A DNA stretch of 64,000 nt from a virus (IMGVR_UViG_3300042892_005180:1-64000), one strand, 5' to 3'; numbered from the stretch's first letter, positions 17,172 to 25,754 are shown. The notes: a model not told the origin generated them from the letters alone. Translations and numbers: made by a program.

Positions 17172-17389
17172 CCGGTCACCACGGCTTTCTCATCTCGAAT
17201 TTCCCAACCCATCGCTTCCAGAACGGCCTTGCCGTCGATGGGGTCACTTCCGTCTGCGGCCTCATCACCGAGAAGCATGAAGACCATGCGGCGACCCTTG
17301 GGTGCCTTGAAGGACAGTCGCATCGACTGGGATTTGTCCCCGTATACAACGGTGCAAGACGTCATCGGGGCGAGATCACCGATTTTCAT
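17168..17389 (-). CDS. hypothetical protein
   Basis: 73-aa ORF with ATGA overlap. Confidence 0.4.
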   Translation of the reverse strand: MKIGDLAPMTSCTVVYGDKSQSMRLSFKAPKGRRMVFMLLGDEAADGSDPIDGKAVLEAMGWEIRDEKAVVTG

Positions 17390-17689
17390 TGAGAACCCAA
17401 GGATAAAGAGAAAGTTACATCTCCTTTATCCGTGAGTTTCAACTATGTCAATCAGCCCGGAACAAAGACGTTGCAGCTTCGACCTTCCAGGATAGCAATA
17501 GCGTCCAAACCATTTTGGCTAGGGGCATCCCCGCCTGATATAACAATATTTTTGTTCTCGCACAGCGTCGTTCCATTCGTGCCATCGAGGCTGACCAGCA
17601 ACTCAAGGAAATCAATTTTGGCGAAAGTTATCGATATCTATGGTCATGGAATACCTTTGTTTGTTTGAAATATTTATCAAAATGTTTAC

Positions 17690-17717
17690 TTGACAAACGC
17701 GATCTTCGTTGTATCGT
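17690..17717 (+). promoter_or_regulatory. sigma70-like promoter TTTACTTGACAA-16-TATCGT, leaderless start at 17724
   Basis: The -35 context TTTACTTGACA recurs at four other sites. Confidence 0.4.
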
Positions 17718-17723
17718 GGCCTC

Positions 17724-18062
17724 ATGGAAACGCTCAAGAACCCCACCAGCAAGGCCTTCGCGGCTTTTATCGCGCGCTGCAAGCACCGCGAAGTGCGGGG
17801 CATCATCGACCAAAACGATGGCGCGGTGTTCATCTGCGATGCCACAACCGGCCTGCACGCCGTGATGGCCCGCAATGTCGGCGTCGAGTTCTTCACCGGC
17901 TTCATGGTCCGCGCCCCCTACGACGAGGACGAAGAGACCTACGACTACTACCTCGACTTCCCCGCCGTCTGGGGCCAAGTCCCCTTCCTGGAGAAGTTCC
18001 GCGTCAACGTCGCCGGTATGGCGATCACCCAGCCGAAGGTGAAAGAAAAGATGGCCGCCTAA
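17724..18062 (+). CDS. hypothetical protein
   Basis: METLKNP start 7 nt after the -10 element. Confidence 0.5.
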   Translation: METLKNPTSKAFAAFIARCKHREVRGIIDQNDGAVFICDATTGLHAVMARNVGVEFFTGFMVRAPYDEDEETYDYYLDFPAVWGQVPFLEKFRVNVAGMAITQPKVKEKMAA

Positions 18063-18102
18063 ACCTTGACGGCTCGCCGATTTCCTGTATAGAGAAATCA
18101 TC

Positions 18103-18204
18103 ATGAAAACTCTTCTATGCCTGATCGTGGCTTCCGTTGTTTGCGCCCTGGCCGCAGTTGTATTCACGGTCATGCACATGGCTGGGGTTCCATTCCCTTC
18201 ATGA
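18103..18204 (+). CDS. small hydrophobic peptide (33 aa, MKTLLCLIVASVVCALAAVVFTVMHMAGVPFPS)
   Basis: Not in the ORF table. Single transmembrane helix. Its stop overlaps the next start as ATGA. Confidence 0.3.
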   Translation: MKTLLCLIVASVVCALAAVVFTVMHMAGVPFPS

Positions 18205-18785
18205 ACATCATGGAAGCCATCAGGAAGGTAGACACCTCCGAGAAGAACACCCGAGGTGGTCTTTCTGACCATCTCGTGGTCGAGTTCGGCTATTCGAGCA
18301 CGTGCGAGTTCGACTGGAAGAAAGTCGAGACGCGTCTCAAGTACCATTACCTCCACACCTGGATGTGCACCGATTCCGCCGTGGGCGTGAGGGTCTACGC
18401 CCTTGACGGCGAGGCCGTGGCGATCTCCACGCAGGTCGGTCGCAAATGCGATGAGGATTTCCAATTTCTCTCTCAGGAGGCGTGGGACAAAATCCGCGTC
18501 ATGCTGTCCGAATGCCTGCATCCGCAGTCCAAAGAGAACATCACCCTCCTGGACCCGAACGCGAACATCTTCGAGGCGGATTCGGTCGATTTCACCTCCC
18601 AACTCATGGACGAGGACGGCCTCTACGAGGGCGAGCCCTGTACGGTCGTGCGTGAGAAAACCCGCACGCTTATGCGGGCAGATTACCTGTGCAAACTGGT
18701 CGCGGTCATTTTCGCGGACGGTCGCGAGGCCGTCATCCCGATCAAGGATTTCCTCATCCCGCTGAGGCTCGACCCGAATAAATAG
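18201..18785 (+). CDS. hypothetical protein
   Basis: Start MNIMEAIRK. The stop TAG lies inside the TAAATAG box of the next gene. Confidence 0.5.
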   Translation: MNIMEAIRKVDTSEKNTRGGLSDHLVVEFGYSSTCEFDWKKVETRLKYHYLHTWMCTDSAVGVRVYALDGEAVAISTQVGRKCDEDFQFLSQEAWDKIRVMLSECLHPQSKENITLLDPNANIFEADSVDFTSQLMDEDGLYEGEPCTVVREKTRTLMRADYLCKLVAVIFADGREAVIPIKDFLIPLRLDPNK

Positions 18786-18788
18786 GGC

Positions 18789-19277
18789 ATGCGCTCTTTC
18801 CTGGACTCGATCAAAATCACTGAGGAAAGCCTTAAGCTCGGTAGCGCAATGCGCACCGTGCCCATCGACGGCACCACCCCGGTGATCAAGCTGGGCTCCA
18901 ACCCTGCGAAGGCCAAGCTCGACGCTTTCATGAACGACTACCATGACGCCACGCAGGACAACCCGATGGACCGCAGGGCCCGGCTGACCACCAACGCGTC
19001 GGTCGAGGTGTCTAGCTTCGACAACGCTATCCATATCTCAGATGTCAGAGCCCTGACGCCGCGCCAGGGCGGAGGTAAGGAAGCCATGATGATGCTCTGT
19101 CGTCTGGCCGATCTCCATGGCGTGAAGATGACCCTGACCGCGAAAACATATGGGGACTACGGGAGGATGACCACCGAGCAACTCAAGTCCTGGTATGAAG
19201 ATTTCGGCTTCGCGGAAGACGAGGACAGCTTCGGGTCCGAGGACGAGGGATACGATATGATCAGGTATCCCAACTAG
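18789..19277 (+). CDS. GNAT-like protein with leader-like N-terminus (MRSFLDSIKITEE..)
   Basis: ATAAATAGggcATG upstream. RQGGGKEAMMMLCRLADLHGV resembles GNAT motif A. Confidence 0.55.
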   Translation: MRSFLDSIKITEESLKLGSAMRTVPIDGTTPVIKLGSNPAKAKLDAFMNDYHDATQDNPMDRRARLTTNASVEVSSFDNAIHISDVRALTPRQGGGKEAMMMLCRLADLHGVKMTLTAKTYGDYGRMTTEQLKSWYEDFGFAEDEDSFGSEDEGYDMIRYPN

Positions 19278-19466
19278 GTTGAAGGGCTCCCACCTTCTGC
19301 CTGACGTAAGAAAGGTAAAACCGTCAGTCTGTCCGCCTAGCAGCAGACCACCCCGATAGAGATCAGAAGGAAACCAGATAACTGGACGAAGGGCTGGGGG
19401 CTGCCCTTCAGTTCTTCGACTATGAGGTAAAGCCGGGAGGCGATCAATATTTTTTCGTCCACCCGG

Positions 19467-19494
19467 TTAACGCTCCGAAAAACTGGTGTATGAT
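19467..19494 (+). promoter_or_regulatory. sigma70-like promoter TTAACG-16-TATGAT
   Basis: Followed by GAAGGAG-6-ATG at 19517. Confidence 0.4.
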
Positions 19495-19516
19495 GGGAAT
19501 GAAGGAGTTCCTCATG

Positions 19517-19888
19517 CAAGTCAGACACGCTATTCGGCTCGACAACACCGACACGGCGAACCCCCGCCATATGTTTGAGGCACTAAACCTCTCGGGTGGC
19601 AAAGACGTCGCGCCCGACGATCATCCCGGCTTGCGGGCCTTCCGGGTCATCTCCGCCAACGATTTCAGCATGGACGACGTCCAGACCGCCATCTCCTATC
19701 TGGAGGAACGCCGCGTGGCTCTCTACGCGCAAGCTGACGAGATTCTGGCCGACCGAGGCTCGTCCGCGTTCGACCGAAACAGAAGCGCAGTGTTGGCGGA
19801 AGGTATTCGGGCATCCGCCGATCATGCCCTGAGGCTCGCCCACAAGTTCGCAGACGACCTCGGGGACGATCTGGGGGCCAACCCTTAG
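19517..19888 (+). CDS. hypothetical protein
   Basis: Strong SD GAAGGAG. Confidence 0.5.
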   Translation, partial: QVRHAIRLDNTDTANPRHMFEALNLSGGKDVAPDDHPGLRAFRVISANDFSMDDVQTAISYLEERRVALYAQADEILADRGSSAFDRNRSAVLAEGIRASADHALRLAHKFADDLGDDLGANP

Positions 19889-20202
19889 GTCAGCCTTTCA
19901 TAGGCGGTGGCCAGGATGCCGTTGGCCCGCAGGCTGTCGGCGAAGGCGCGGGTGGAGATCATCTTGAGGTCCACGTTCTGAGTGTCGAAGCGCACCGGGT
20001 TCGAAATCTCCCAGCCCCCGTAGGTGCCGCGCTGGCCGATGCCCTTGCTCTTCAGGAAGCGGACGAACGCGCCGGTCGCGGGCCGGATGACAATCCAGGT
20101 CGCGCCGCACATGCCGCCGTTGATGTCGTGGGTGAGGACGCCTTTGGCCATGCCGGTCTTGGCAGCCTCGACGGCTTCGTCGTAGATTTCCTGCGGGGTC
20201 AT
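19885..20202 (-). CDS. hypothetical protein
   Basis: SD AAGGAGAG upstream of ATG. Confidence 0.5.
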   Translation of the reverse strand: MTPQEIYDEAVEAAKTGMAKGVLTHDINGGMCGATWIVIRPATGAFVRFLKSKGIGQRGTYGGWEISNPVRFDTQNVDLKMISTRAFADSLRANGILATAYERLT

Positions 20203-20213
20203 CGCTGCTCTCC

Positions 20214-20531
20214 TTAGCGGGGGTTCAAGCGGTTGTAGTCGTCGATGAAGCCGGGACCGGCTGCATCCCAGATGTCCGAGATATCGAAGCAGCAGAAATT
20301 CATCGTGTCCTGGAAGACGTTGGTGATGTGGCTGCCCATCCGGTCGGCCTTCGCGTTCTCGCTGTGGCCGAACTCGATGGCAGCGTCCATGTTCGCGAAG
20401 GTTTCCTTCGTGGTCACCGCAGTGCCGCGCTCCTCGCCGTCCGGGCCGTCCTTGTGGAACACGCGGGTCACATCAACTTCGATCACGGCAATCTCTCCTC
20501 GGCTGTTGACGCCACAGTAGACCATCGGCAT
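20214..20531 (-). CDS. hypothetical protein
   Basis: 105-aa ORF with a TTTACTTGACAA element immediately upstream. Confidence 0.45.
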   Translation of the reverse strand: MPMVYCGVNSRGEIAVIEVDVTRVFHKDGPDGEERGTAVTTKETFANMDAAIEFGHSENAKADRMGSHITNVFQDTMNFCCFDISDIWDAAGPGFIDDYNRLNPR

Positions 20532-20589
20532 ATCTTGTCAAGTAAATATTTTCAATTGCGAGCTTGCTTGACCGGTGCTAGGGGAAGAG

Positions 20590-20772
20590 ATGGCCAACCC
20601 GACCCCATATTTCCGAGTCACGCCCGTGCACCTCGAAAGCTTGCTGGCAGCCGCCTATGCGGCTGGCGCCTGCCGCCAATCAGGCCCGATGCCTCAGGAA
20701 GAGGTTGATGGTTACGCGACCGACAAGGTCAACTTCCTCATTGAGAAGGGACAGTTGATCGTCCAGTCTTAG
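20590..20772 (+). CDS. small hypothetical protein
   Basis: SD GGGGAAGAG upstream. Confidence 0.4.
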   Translation: MANPTPYFRVTPVHLESLLAAAYAAGACRQSGPMPQEEVDGYATDKVNFLIEKGQLIVQS

Positions 20773-21193
20773 TGTAGAGGAAGATCGTTTGCGACTTCAT
20801 GTCGTGAGTGACTTCGAGGTCGTAGCCCGGCGCGTGCAGGGTGCGAGCCATCCTCTTGTAGAGTGACACCCGCGAGCCCTCATCGGCGAACGCAGTGAAG
20901 TGGAAGCCCTTCGGCTGGCGGTCTTCGAGGAAGGACTGCACGATGTCGATCACGGTGGCCAGGACCCGGTTGGCCGACCCCGTTCCTGTCATCCCCATTG
21001 AGGATTTGCCGTCGATCATGGCGTCGAATGAGACGTGAACGTCGTCGTCGTCGCCTTGGAAACGAACCTTGTATTCGATGGCATCATCGCCATCGCCGAC
21101 CTCGAACTCTGCCCGCTGCAACGCTCGGCCATAGCTGGCCCAATGCCATTGCAGAGGGGCGTCGAAAGATTCGTTGATCTCTTTGAATCGCAT
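20738..21193 (-). CDS. hypothetical protein (MRFKEINE..)
   Basis: CTAAATAGgggATG upstream, identical in context to the HNH gene at 55109. Confidence 0.5.
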   Translation of the reverse strand: MRFKEINESFDAPLQWHWASYGRALQRAEFEVGDGDDAIEYKVRFQGDDDDVHVSFDAMIDGKSSMGMTGTGSANRVLATVIDIVQSFLEDRQPKGFHFTAFADEGSRVSLYKRMARTLHAPGYDLEVTHDMKSQTIFLYTKTGRSTVPSQ

Positions 21194-21200
21194 CCCCTAT

Positions 21201-21578
21201 TTAGGGACGAAAACGTCCTCGCTTACGGTCCCAACCGATGGCGGCATAGAAAACCAGGACGTCGTCGTAGTGACACGTCGGGATGTTTTGAAACTCGTCC
21301 TCGCCCAAGATGAAGGCGTCCGTGGCCCGACGTTCCTTGAAATGATCAAGATGCAGGGTCTGGAACCACCGCATACCGGGCCGCGAGGCCCAACCTGGAC
21401 CTTCCCACCGCCTCGTCATCTCCTTGTACTTAAAACCCATCATGGAGCGGCAGTGGTTCTGCGAACTCGTTTTCACGATGTGGATGCAGACCGGGTTATT
21501 GCTCGGGTCGATCTCGATGGAGGCGAACTCCCGAACGTCAGCCAACTTGATCGTCGCCCCGGAAACGGCCGAGAACAA
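21201..21578 (-). CDS. hypothetical protein
   Basis: 125-aa ORF whose stop TAA lies within the next TAAATAG box. Confidence 0.4.
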   Translation of the reverse strand: MFSAVSGATIKLADVREFASIEIDPSNNPVCIHIVKTSSQNHCRSMMGFKYKEMTRRWEGPGWASRPGMRWFQTLHLDHFKERRATDAFILGEDEFQNIPTCHYDDVLVFYAAIGWDRKRGRFRP

Positions 21579-21840
21579 AATCGGGCTCGATCAGGACACC
21601 GTCCTCGTAGAAGGGCTGCATCTCAACGCCGAGGAAGTCTGCCCATTCGGTGGCCTCACAGAGGGCGTTGGAGCGCGTGTAGGACATCATCGGCGTCAGG
21701 GTCTGGCCGAGGTCGTTGGTGAGCGTCACCCAGTAGCCGACGCCTTTGCCGGACTCCATGGTGGTCTTCACCGAAACCGATACGATCTTGCCGCCCTCGC
21801 GGAGCGGCGCCGGGTCGCCCTTCCGTCCTTCGAACGTCAT
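21538..21840 (-). CDS. hypothetical protein
   Basis: Start MTFEGRKGD with ATGA coupling. Confidence 0.4.
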   Translation of the reverse strand: MTFEGRKGDPAPLREGGKIVSVSVKTTMESGKGVGYWVTLTNDLGQTLTPMMSYTRSNALCEATEWADFLGVEMQPFYEDGVLIEPDFVLGRFRGDDQVG

Positions 21841-22088
21841 TTCGCGGCCTCGACTTCGGCCTGCGCTTCGCGGGCTTCCCGGCAGGCCATCAGAATGGTC
21901 TTGGCCAGGGTCTCGGCGGCATCGATCTCCAGCCGGGCAACACCCCCAAGGTTGATGATATCGACTCGACCACACGACCGACCCGCGATGTGAAACGAGG
22001 CCGATTTATACATGTCGGCGGAGTTGACGAACACGACCTCGTGGCGGCGCGTCGTCGCGCCCAGCTTGCGGTTCTCGCGATCAATCAT
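21837..22088 (-). CDS. hypothetical protein
   Basis: Start MIDRENRK overlaps the small upstream ORF. Confidence 0.4.
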   Translation of the reverse strand: MIDRENRKLGATTRRHEVVFVNSADMYKSASFHIAGRSCGRVDIINLGGVARLEIDAAETLAKTILMACREAREAQAEVEAAK

Positions 22089-22254
22089 GGTCGTCCTCCG
22101 GGATGGCATCGAAGTTCATCTCCGTGACCTCGTGGCCGCACGCGCAGCGCAGAACAACCTCGTAGCCACGATGCTCTATCGGCGTGTATTGGTGCGATGT
22201 GAACATACAGACCGGCTTCGGCGGTTTTCCGGGAGTGATTTCAAATGCGAACAT
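22081..22254 (-). CDS. small Cys-rich protein (57 aa, MFAFEITPGKPPKPVCMF..CACGH)
   Basis: Not in the ORF table. Preceded by a near-consensus leaderless promoter TTGACA-16-TATGTA-6-ATG. Confidence 0.4.
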   Translation of the reverse strand: MFAFEITPGKPPKPVCMFTSHQYTPIEHRGYEVVLRCACGHEVTEMNFDAIPEDDHD

Positions 22255-22260
22255 GAGACC

Positions 22261-22288
22261 TACATACCAGACTGCGAAACCATGTCAA
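22261..22288 (-). promoter_or_regulatory. sigma70-like promoter aTTACTTGACA-16-TATGTA, leaderless
   Basis: Direct sequence observation. Confidence 0.45.
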
Positions 22289-22292
22289 GTAA

Positions 22293-23030
22293 TTAGCAGA
22301 TGGCTTCGCACGGCGTGCCATCTCCATCGCCGTCTAGTCGCGAGACGTGGCAGATTTCAAGGTGATGGCGGGCCTCGGCACACGTCGTCATCTCGCTGCA
22401 ACGGGTCTTGGTGCACGACCCATCGGCTACCAGAGACCGCTCTGCTGGGGCCTGAGGGGGCGCCACAGGGGCGTTATCGTTGGCGGCGGCCCGACGTCCT
22501 CTCCGCCAGTTCCACGGCTCCACGCGGCCCTGAGTGAAGTTTGGTGCCCATAGGCCGACCTCTGCTCGGCGGGCTTCCACCTCCATGGGCGGGAAGGTCG
22601 GGTCACGACTGTAGTCTGGGTAGACCCAAGCACCGCCCCGACGAACCATCTCGGCGTTGATGTCCTGGTCGTCAGCGTAGACGCGGCCCACGTGGCGTCC
22701 ATAGCGGTCAACGTCCTCGACCACGACTCGTACCGGAACCCCAAATACGAGACCGCTCAGCATCTGCTTGGAGTTCTGGCCAAACGGCTGGCCGAGTTCT
22801 GGGGCGTCGATCTCTGCGAATCTGATCTTGGCTTCCGGCTCGCCCGGCCGGTAGACCGTGATGGTGTCCCCGTCGTGGACGCCGACAACCCGGCCAACGA
22901 TATCTGAACTCGTCTGAACCGGAGCGGGCAGCGATACCTGCTCTATCGCGGGCACGTCGATAGGGGCTTCCGCTACTGGGCGATCACAGGCCGCAAGGGC
23001 GAGGGCGAGAAAGAGGATACGAAATTTCAT
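22293..23030 (-). CDS. Secreted thermonuclease (SNase-like) lipoprotein with C-terminal Excalibur Ca-binding domain
   Basis: SD GGGAGAC. Lipobox LALALAAC. SNase motifs are HDGDTITV, IRFAEIDAPE, DRYGRHVGRVY and GGAWVY. The Excalibur motif is DGDGDGTPCE. Confidence 0.75.
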   Translation of the reverse strand: MKFRILFLALALAACDRPVAEAPIDVPAIEQVSLPAPVQTSSDIVGRVVGVHDGDTITVYRPGEPEAKIRFAEIDAPELGQPFGQNSKQMLSGLVFGVPVRVVVEDVDRYGRHVGRVYADDQDINAEMVRRGGAWVYPDYSRDPTFPPMEVEARRAEVGLWAPNFTQGRVEPWNWRRGRRAAANDNAPVAPPQAPAERSLVADGSCTKTRCSEMTTCAEARHHLEICHVSRLDGDGDGTPCEAIC

Positions 23031-23082
23031 AAAGTCTCCCTTCACAAAAAGCCAAACCCCCCGGTTTCCCGAGGGGCCTGTC

Positions 23083-23295
23083 TCATTCGACCTCGTGTTC
23101 TTCGAGTACGAACGATTCGTTCGACTTGGGGATATACCACTCCACAGGCCACGCTTCATCGAGTTTATCCACCGCCTTCGGAAGCCGTTCCTTCACTTTC
23201 GCGAAGGCGTCCTCCCTCTTGTGATAGATGCCCACGATTTGCGACGAGTTGTCGTCGTAGTCGGAGTAAACGGTAAGCAGAACAAACACTTTCAT
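23083..23295 (-). CDS. small MKVxVL-family protein
   Basis: SD AAAGGAG. Paralog of the 15560 gene. Confidence 0.55.
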   Translation of the reverse strand: MKVFVLLTVYSDYDDNSSQIVGIYHKREDAFAKVKERLPKAVDKLDEAWPVEWYIPKSNESFVLEEHEVE

Positions 23296-23343
23296 CTCTA
23301 GCTCCTTTGCTGGTGTAAGACCGAGCAGGGAGTGAGATGCATC

Positions 23344-23372
23344 ACCTTACGTCACGGTGATATTTTGGTCAA
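23344..23372 (-). promoter_or_regulatory. sigma70-like promoter TGGTTGACCA-17-TAAGGT
   Basis: The GGTCAACCATTAT context also occurs at about 55958. Confidence 0.4.
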
Positions 23373-23375
23373 CCA

Positions 23376-23948
23376 TTATCGACGTGGCGGAAACATGATC
23401 TCGATGTGGCCAGCGCAGTAGGGCTTGCCCGGCGCGGTCTTGTTGCAGCAGGCCTCCTGGACTTCGACCGGCACGTTGTCGTGAACGGGATAGCAGCATT
23501 CTTTGAGCCCGCGTCGCGTCCACGGCTTGGCGTTCTCGGAGACGACATCCGCCACGCCTTTGAAATTGGACTTCGTCACGACCCGCCGACCCAGGAGGTT
23601 GTGCTCATCGTAGACGTCATCTGGGTTGATGGCGCGCGGATGCGGCGGGGGAGGTGGCGGCGGGGGAGGCGGCGGCGGTGGTGGTGGCGGCACTGGTTTT
23701 GACTCGGCGATCACAACGACGGGCACTGCGATGGGTTTGGACACAACCGGTTTGACCTTTTCGTCTCGTTGCTGAACCGAAAGCTTACGCTCGAAGCCAA
23801 GGCGATGAACCTTGCCTGAAATAGAGTTCGGCGACACACCGAACTGGTCCGCGATCTCTTCACGTCGCAGCCCCTGTTCCCATAGGACTTTCAGACGAGC
23901 GTGCTTCGCGTCCCCCCACGGCATTGTTCGATAGTCTATCTTGCTCAT
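23376..23948 (-). CDS. gcrA: GcrA-like cell-cycle transcription regulator homolog with poly-Pro linker
   Basis: MSKIDYRTMPWGDAKHARLKVLWEQGLRREEIADQFGVSPNSISGKVHRLG resembles the GcrA N-domain (WTDERVELLKKLW..SASQIA..VSRNAVIGKVHRLGL). A P17 linker follows. The tool ORF N-extension is rejected. Confidence 0.65.
   Translation of the reverse strand: MSKIDYRTMPWGDAKHARLKVLWEQGLRREEIADQFGVSPNSISGKVHRLGFERKLSVQQRDEKVKPVVSKPIAVPVVVIAESKPVPPPPPPPPPPPPPPPPHPRAINPDDVYDEHNLLGRRVVTKSNFKGVADVVSENAKPWTRRGLKECCYPVHDNVPVEVQEACCNKTAPGKPYCAGHIEIMFPPRR
23641..23692. repeat. (GGN)17 simple repeat encoding a poly-proline tract in the minus-strand GcrA-like gene
   Basis: Direct sequence observation. Confidence 0.6.
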
Positions 23949-24019
23949 AACGGCTCTAGGTTCTCGCAAAAGATGCAGGAACAGAGCGGCTATCACGATT
24001 CGCCCGAAAAGCGAAAGCC

Positions 24020-24544
24020 CTAGGCTGTATTTTTCGCAACCGTGTTTTTCTCGAACCACGCCGCCATAGCGCGAGTGTGGGACTGGAAGCAGAGTTCCTC
24101 TGGCTCCCACGCAACGCGAATTTCCGGGCACTCGTAGTTGGGCTCGAAGAAAGCGTCGAGGTCGTACTCCTGCACGGTCTGGGTGGATTCGCAGAAGATC
24201 AGGACGTGGCCGCCGTTGCTGAACGACGACACGATTTTCACCATGCTGAGATCGACGTCGAGCCCAGCTTCTTCCTTCATTTCTCGAATGGCGGCATGTT
24301 CAACCGAGGCATCCTTGGGGTCGATGTGACCAGCGATGATGTTCCATTCGCCTTTCTGGGGATGGATGCCTCGTTTGCCGATCAGGATGCCGGTGCGCTT
24401 GTGGTCGAAGCTCTTGACTGGTTGGATGAGAACCGCAACCGGCAAGGGGTTCTGCCACGTCTGCTTATCGCACCCCCGGCAAGTCTGCGGAGAGGTCGTA
24501 CCGACGTGCTCAAGGCCGCAGTGTCTACAGTATGAATCGTGCAT
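24020..24544 (-). CDS. Nudix hydrolase
   Basis: Nudix box GHIDPKDASVEHAAIREMKEEAGL. The leaderless-type promoter TTGACC-17-TATTGT lies 5 nt upstream of ATG MHDSY. Confidence 0.7.
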   Translation of the reverse strand: MHDSYCRHCGLEHVGTTSPQTCRGCDKQTWQNPLPVAVLIQPVKSFDHKRTGILIGKRGIHPQKGEWNIIAGHIDPKDASVEHAAIREMKEEAGLDVDLSMVKIVSSFSNGGHVLIFCESTQTVQEYDLDAFFEPNYECPEIRVAWEPEELCFQSHTRAMAAWFEKNTVAKNTA

Positions 24545-24574
24545 AGAAAACAATACCGCGCTCACCCGCGAAGG

Positions 24575-25372
24575 TCAACGATTGTATTTGCTAATTATCT
24601 CGCCGACCCAGGTCCGCATGTAGGGATTTAGCGGGGTTCCGAGAACCCACCCAGTGAAGTTGTCAGCCCAGAACTCCCGATCATCAGTTCTGGAGTATTG
24701 GCGAGGGAATGACGTCGAATCATTCTTCAGGCACCAGTGGTACTTGCTGCGGATGTCTGTCCAAATGCTGCGATTGACCCGGTAATGAAACCGGTGACCG
24801 AACTCATGAATGATGATCGACGTAAGGGAACTCGACGATGTCGGTGATACCCAGACCTCATCACGATCTCCGAAATATGTTCCACCCCACCGTGAATCGT
24901 CTCTGACGTACAGGGAGACGTTCATGAGCCATACCAGCCCCTTAGCAGCAAGGGCTCTGCGGGCCGACTCTACGCTCCGTGTCATTATGTCTTGATGGGA
25001 TTGTGAAACCCCATAGAAAACGATCTTTGTTTCGCCGAGGGTTTCTACTTCGGCTTTCTTGGCCGTGCTGGATGGAATGTTGGATGACGGAACTACTGCG
25101 GATGCCGGTTTTGAAATCCCGGAGGGTCTCGAAACCCCGGAGGCCGGTCTCGAAACCCCGGAACTGCCATACCGAACCCCATTGACAGTCACGCCGCCCT
25201 GGCCGGAAATAGAGATCGTCATGCCACCAGCCCTAAAGGTCTGGCCGGGGCCTGCACCCGCAAACTCGTCAAGACCCACGTCTTGGCAGCTACAATGATC
25301 GTGTGGCGCAACCTGTTCGGCGGCGGCAGTCTCTACGACAATAAGAGATTTTCGTATACCGGAGTTGTCCAT
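24575..25372 (-). CDS. Zn metallopeptidase-like protein (HEXXH)
   Basis: IIIHEFGHRFH. ATAAATATcggATG upstream. The N-terminus MDNSGIRKSLIVVE is possibly leader-like. Confidence 0.55.
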   Translation of the reverse strand: MDNSGIRKSLIVVETAAAEQVAPHDHCSCQDVGLDEFAGAGPGQTFRAGGMTISISGQGGVTVNGVRYGSSGVSRPASGVSRPSGISKPASAVVPSSNIPSSTAKKAEVETLGETKIVFYGVSQSHQDIMTRSVESARRALAAKGLVWLMNVSLYVRDDSRWGGTYFGDRDEVWVSPTSSSSLTSIIIHEFGHRFHYRVNRSIWTDIRSKYHWCLKNDSTSFPRQYSRTDDREFWADNFTGWVLGTPLNPYMRTWVGEIISKYNR

Positions 25373-25383
25373 CCGATATTTAT

Positions 25384-25752
25384 CTATTGAACGCGTTGGC
25401 CTCTACATCCAGCTTGACCACCGCGCCCGTTAGGACGTTCGATCATGGTCTTGTAGGTGTATCTCTCCGAATAGGAATCGTACTCGGCCACGGGGGCGAA
25501 GAACTGGCAGCCCGTGACCTTGTCGGTCAGGATATGCATGCCGGGGAGACCGGAATACGAATAGGTCAACTGGATGGGGACGCCATTTCGATTGATCTGA
25601 AGAGCAGGAGTGGCTGGTGCCCCAGCGGCAGGCGGCGCGGCGCGGGGCACCGGAGGAGGAACGGTCGTTTCGGCTTCATTGACGTCTGATGACCCTGCGG
25701 GCGTACAGGCCGCGAGAGCGAGTGCTGATAGGGCCAGGATGATGCGGCGCAT
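25384..25752 (-). CDS. lipoprotein, hypothetical
   Basis: MRRIILALSALALAAC carries a signal peptide and lipobox. The N-extension of the tool ORF is Arg-rich junk. Confidence 0.5.
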   Translation of the reverse strand: MRRIILALSALALAACTPAGSSDVNEAETTVPPPVPRAAPPAAGAPATPALQINRNGVPIQLTYSYSGLPGMHILTDKVTGCQFFAPVAEYDSYSERYTYKTMIERPNGRGGQAGCRGQRVQ

Positions 25753-25754
25753 GG

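Noticed and set aside
17628-19034. A 468-aa minus-strand ORF, and similar long ORFs at 6775..8025 (minus), 27760..28950 (plus), 45529..46854 (plus), 1116..2006 (plus), 48798..49637 (plus) and 61176..62006 (plus)
   Set aside because: They lie antisense to well-supported genes (leader family, SPFH, primase, UvsW). Their composition is Arg/Gly/Val/His-rich, typical of high-GC shadow frames. They have no start context and no homology signal.
19278-19466. Hairpins GAAGGGC-N8-GCCCTTC and CTGACG-N15-CGTCAG considered as terminators
   Set aside because: No U-run follows on either strand. Kept only as possible RNA structure.
23641-23692. (GGN)17 tandem repeat considered as a CRISPR array or VNTR
   Set aside because: It is a single in-frame codon repeat encoding poly-Pro inside the GcrA-like gene. 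No spacer-repeat structure exists anywhere in the window.
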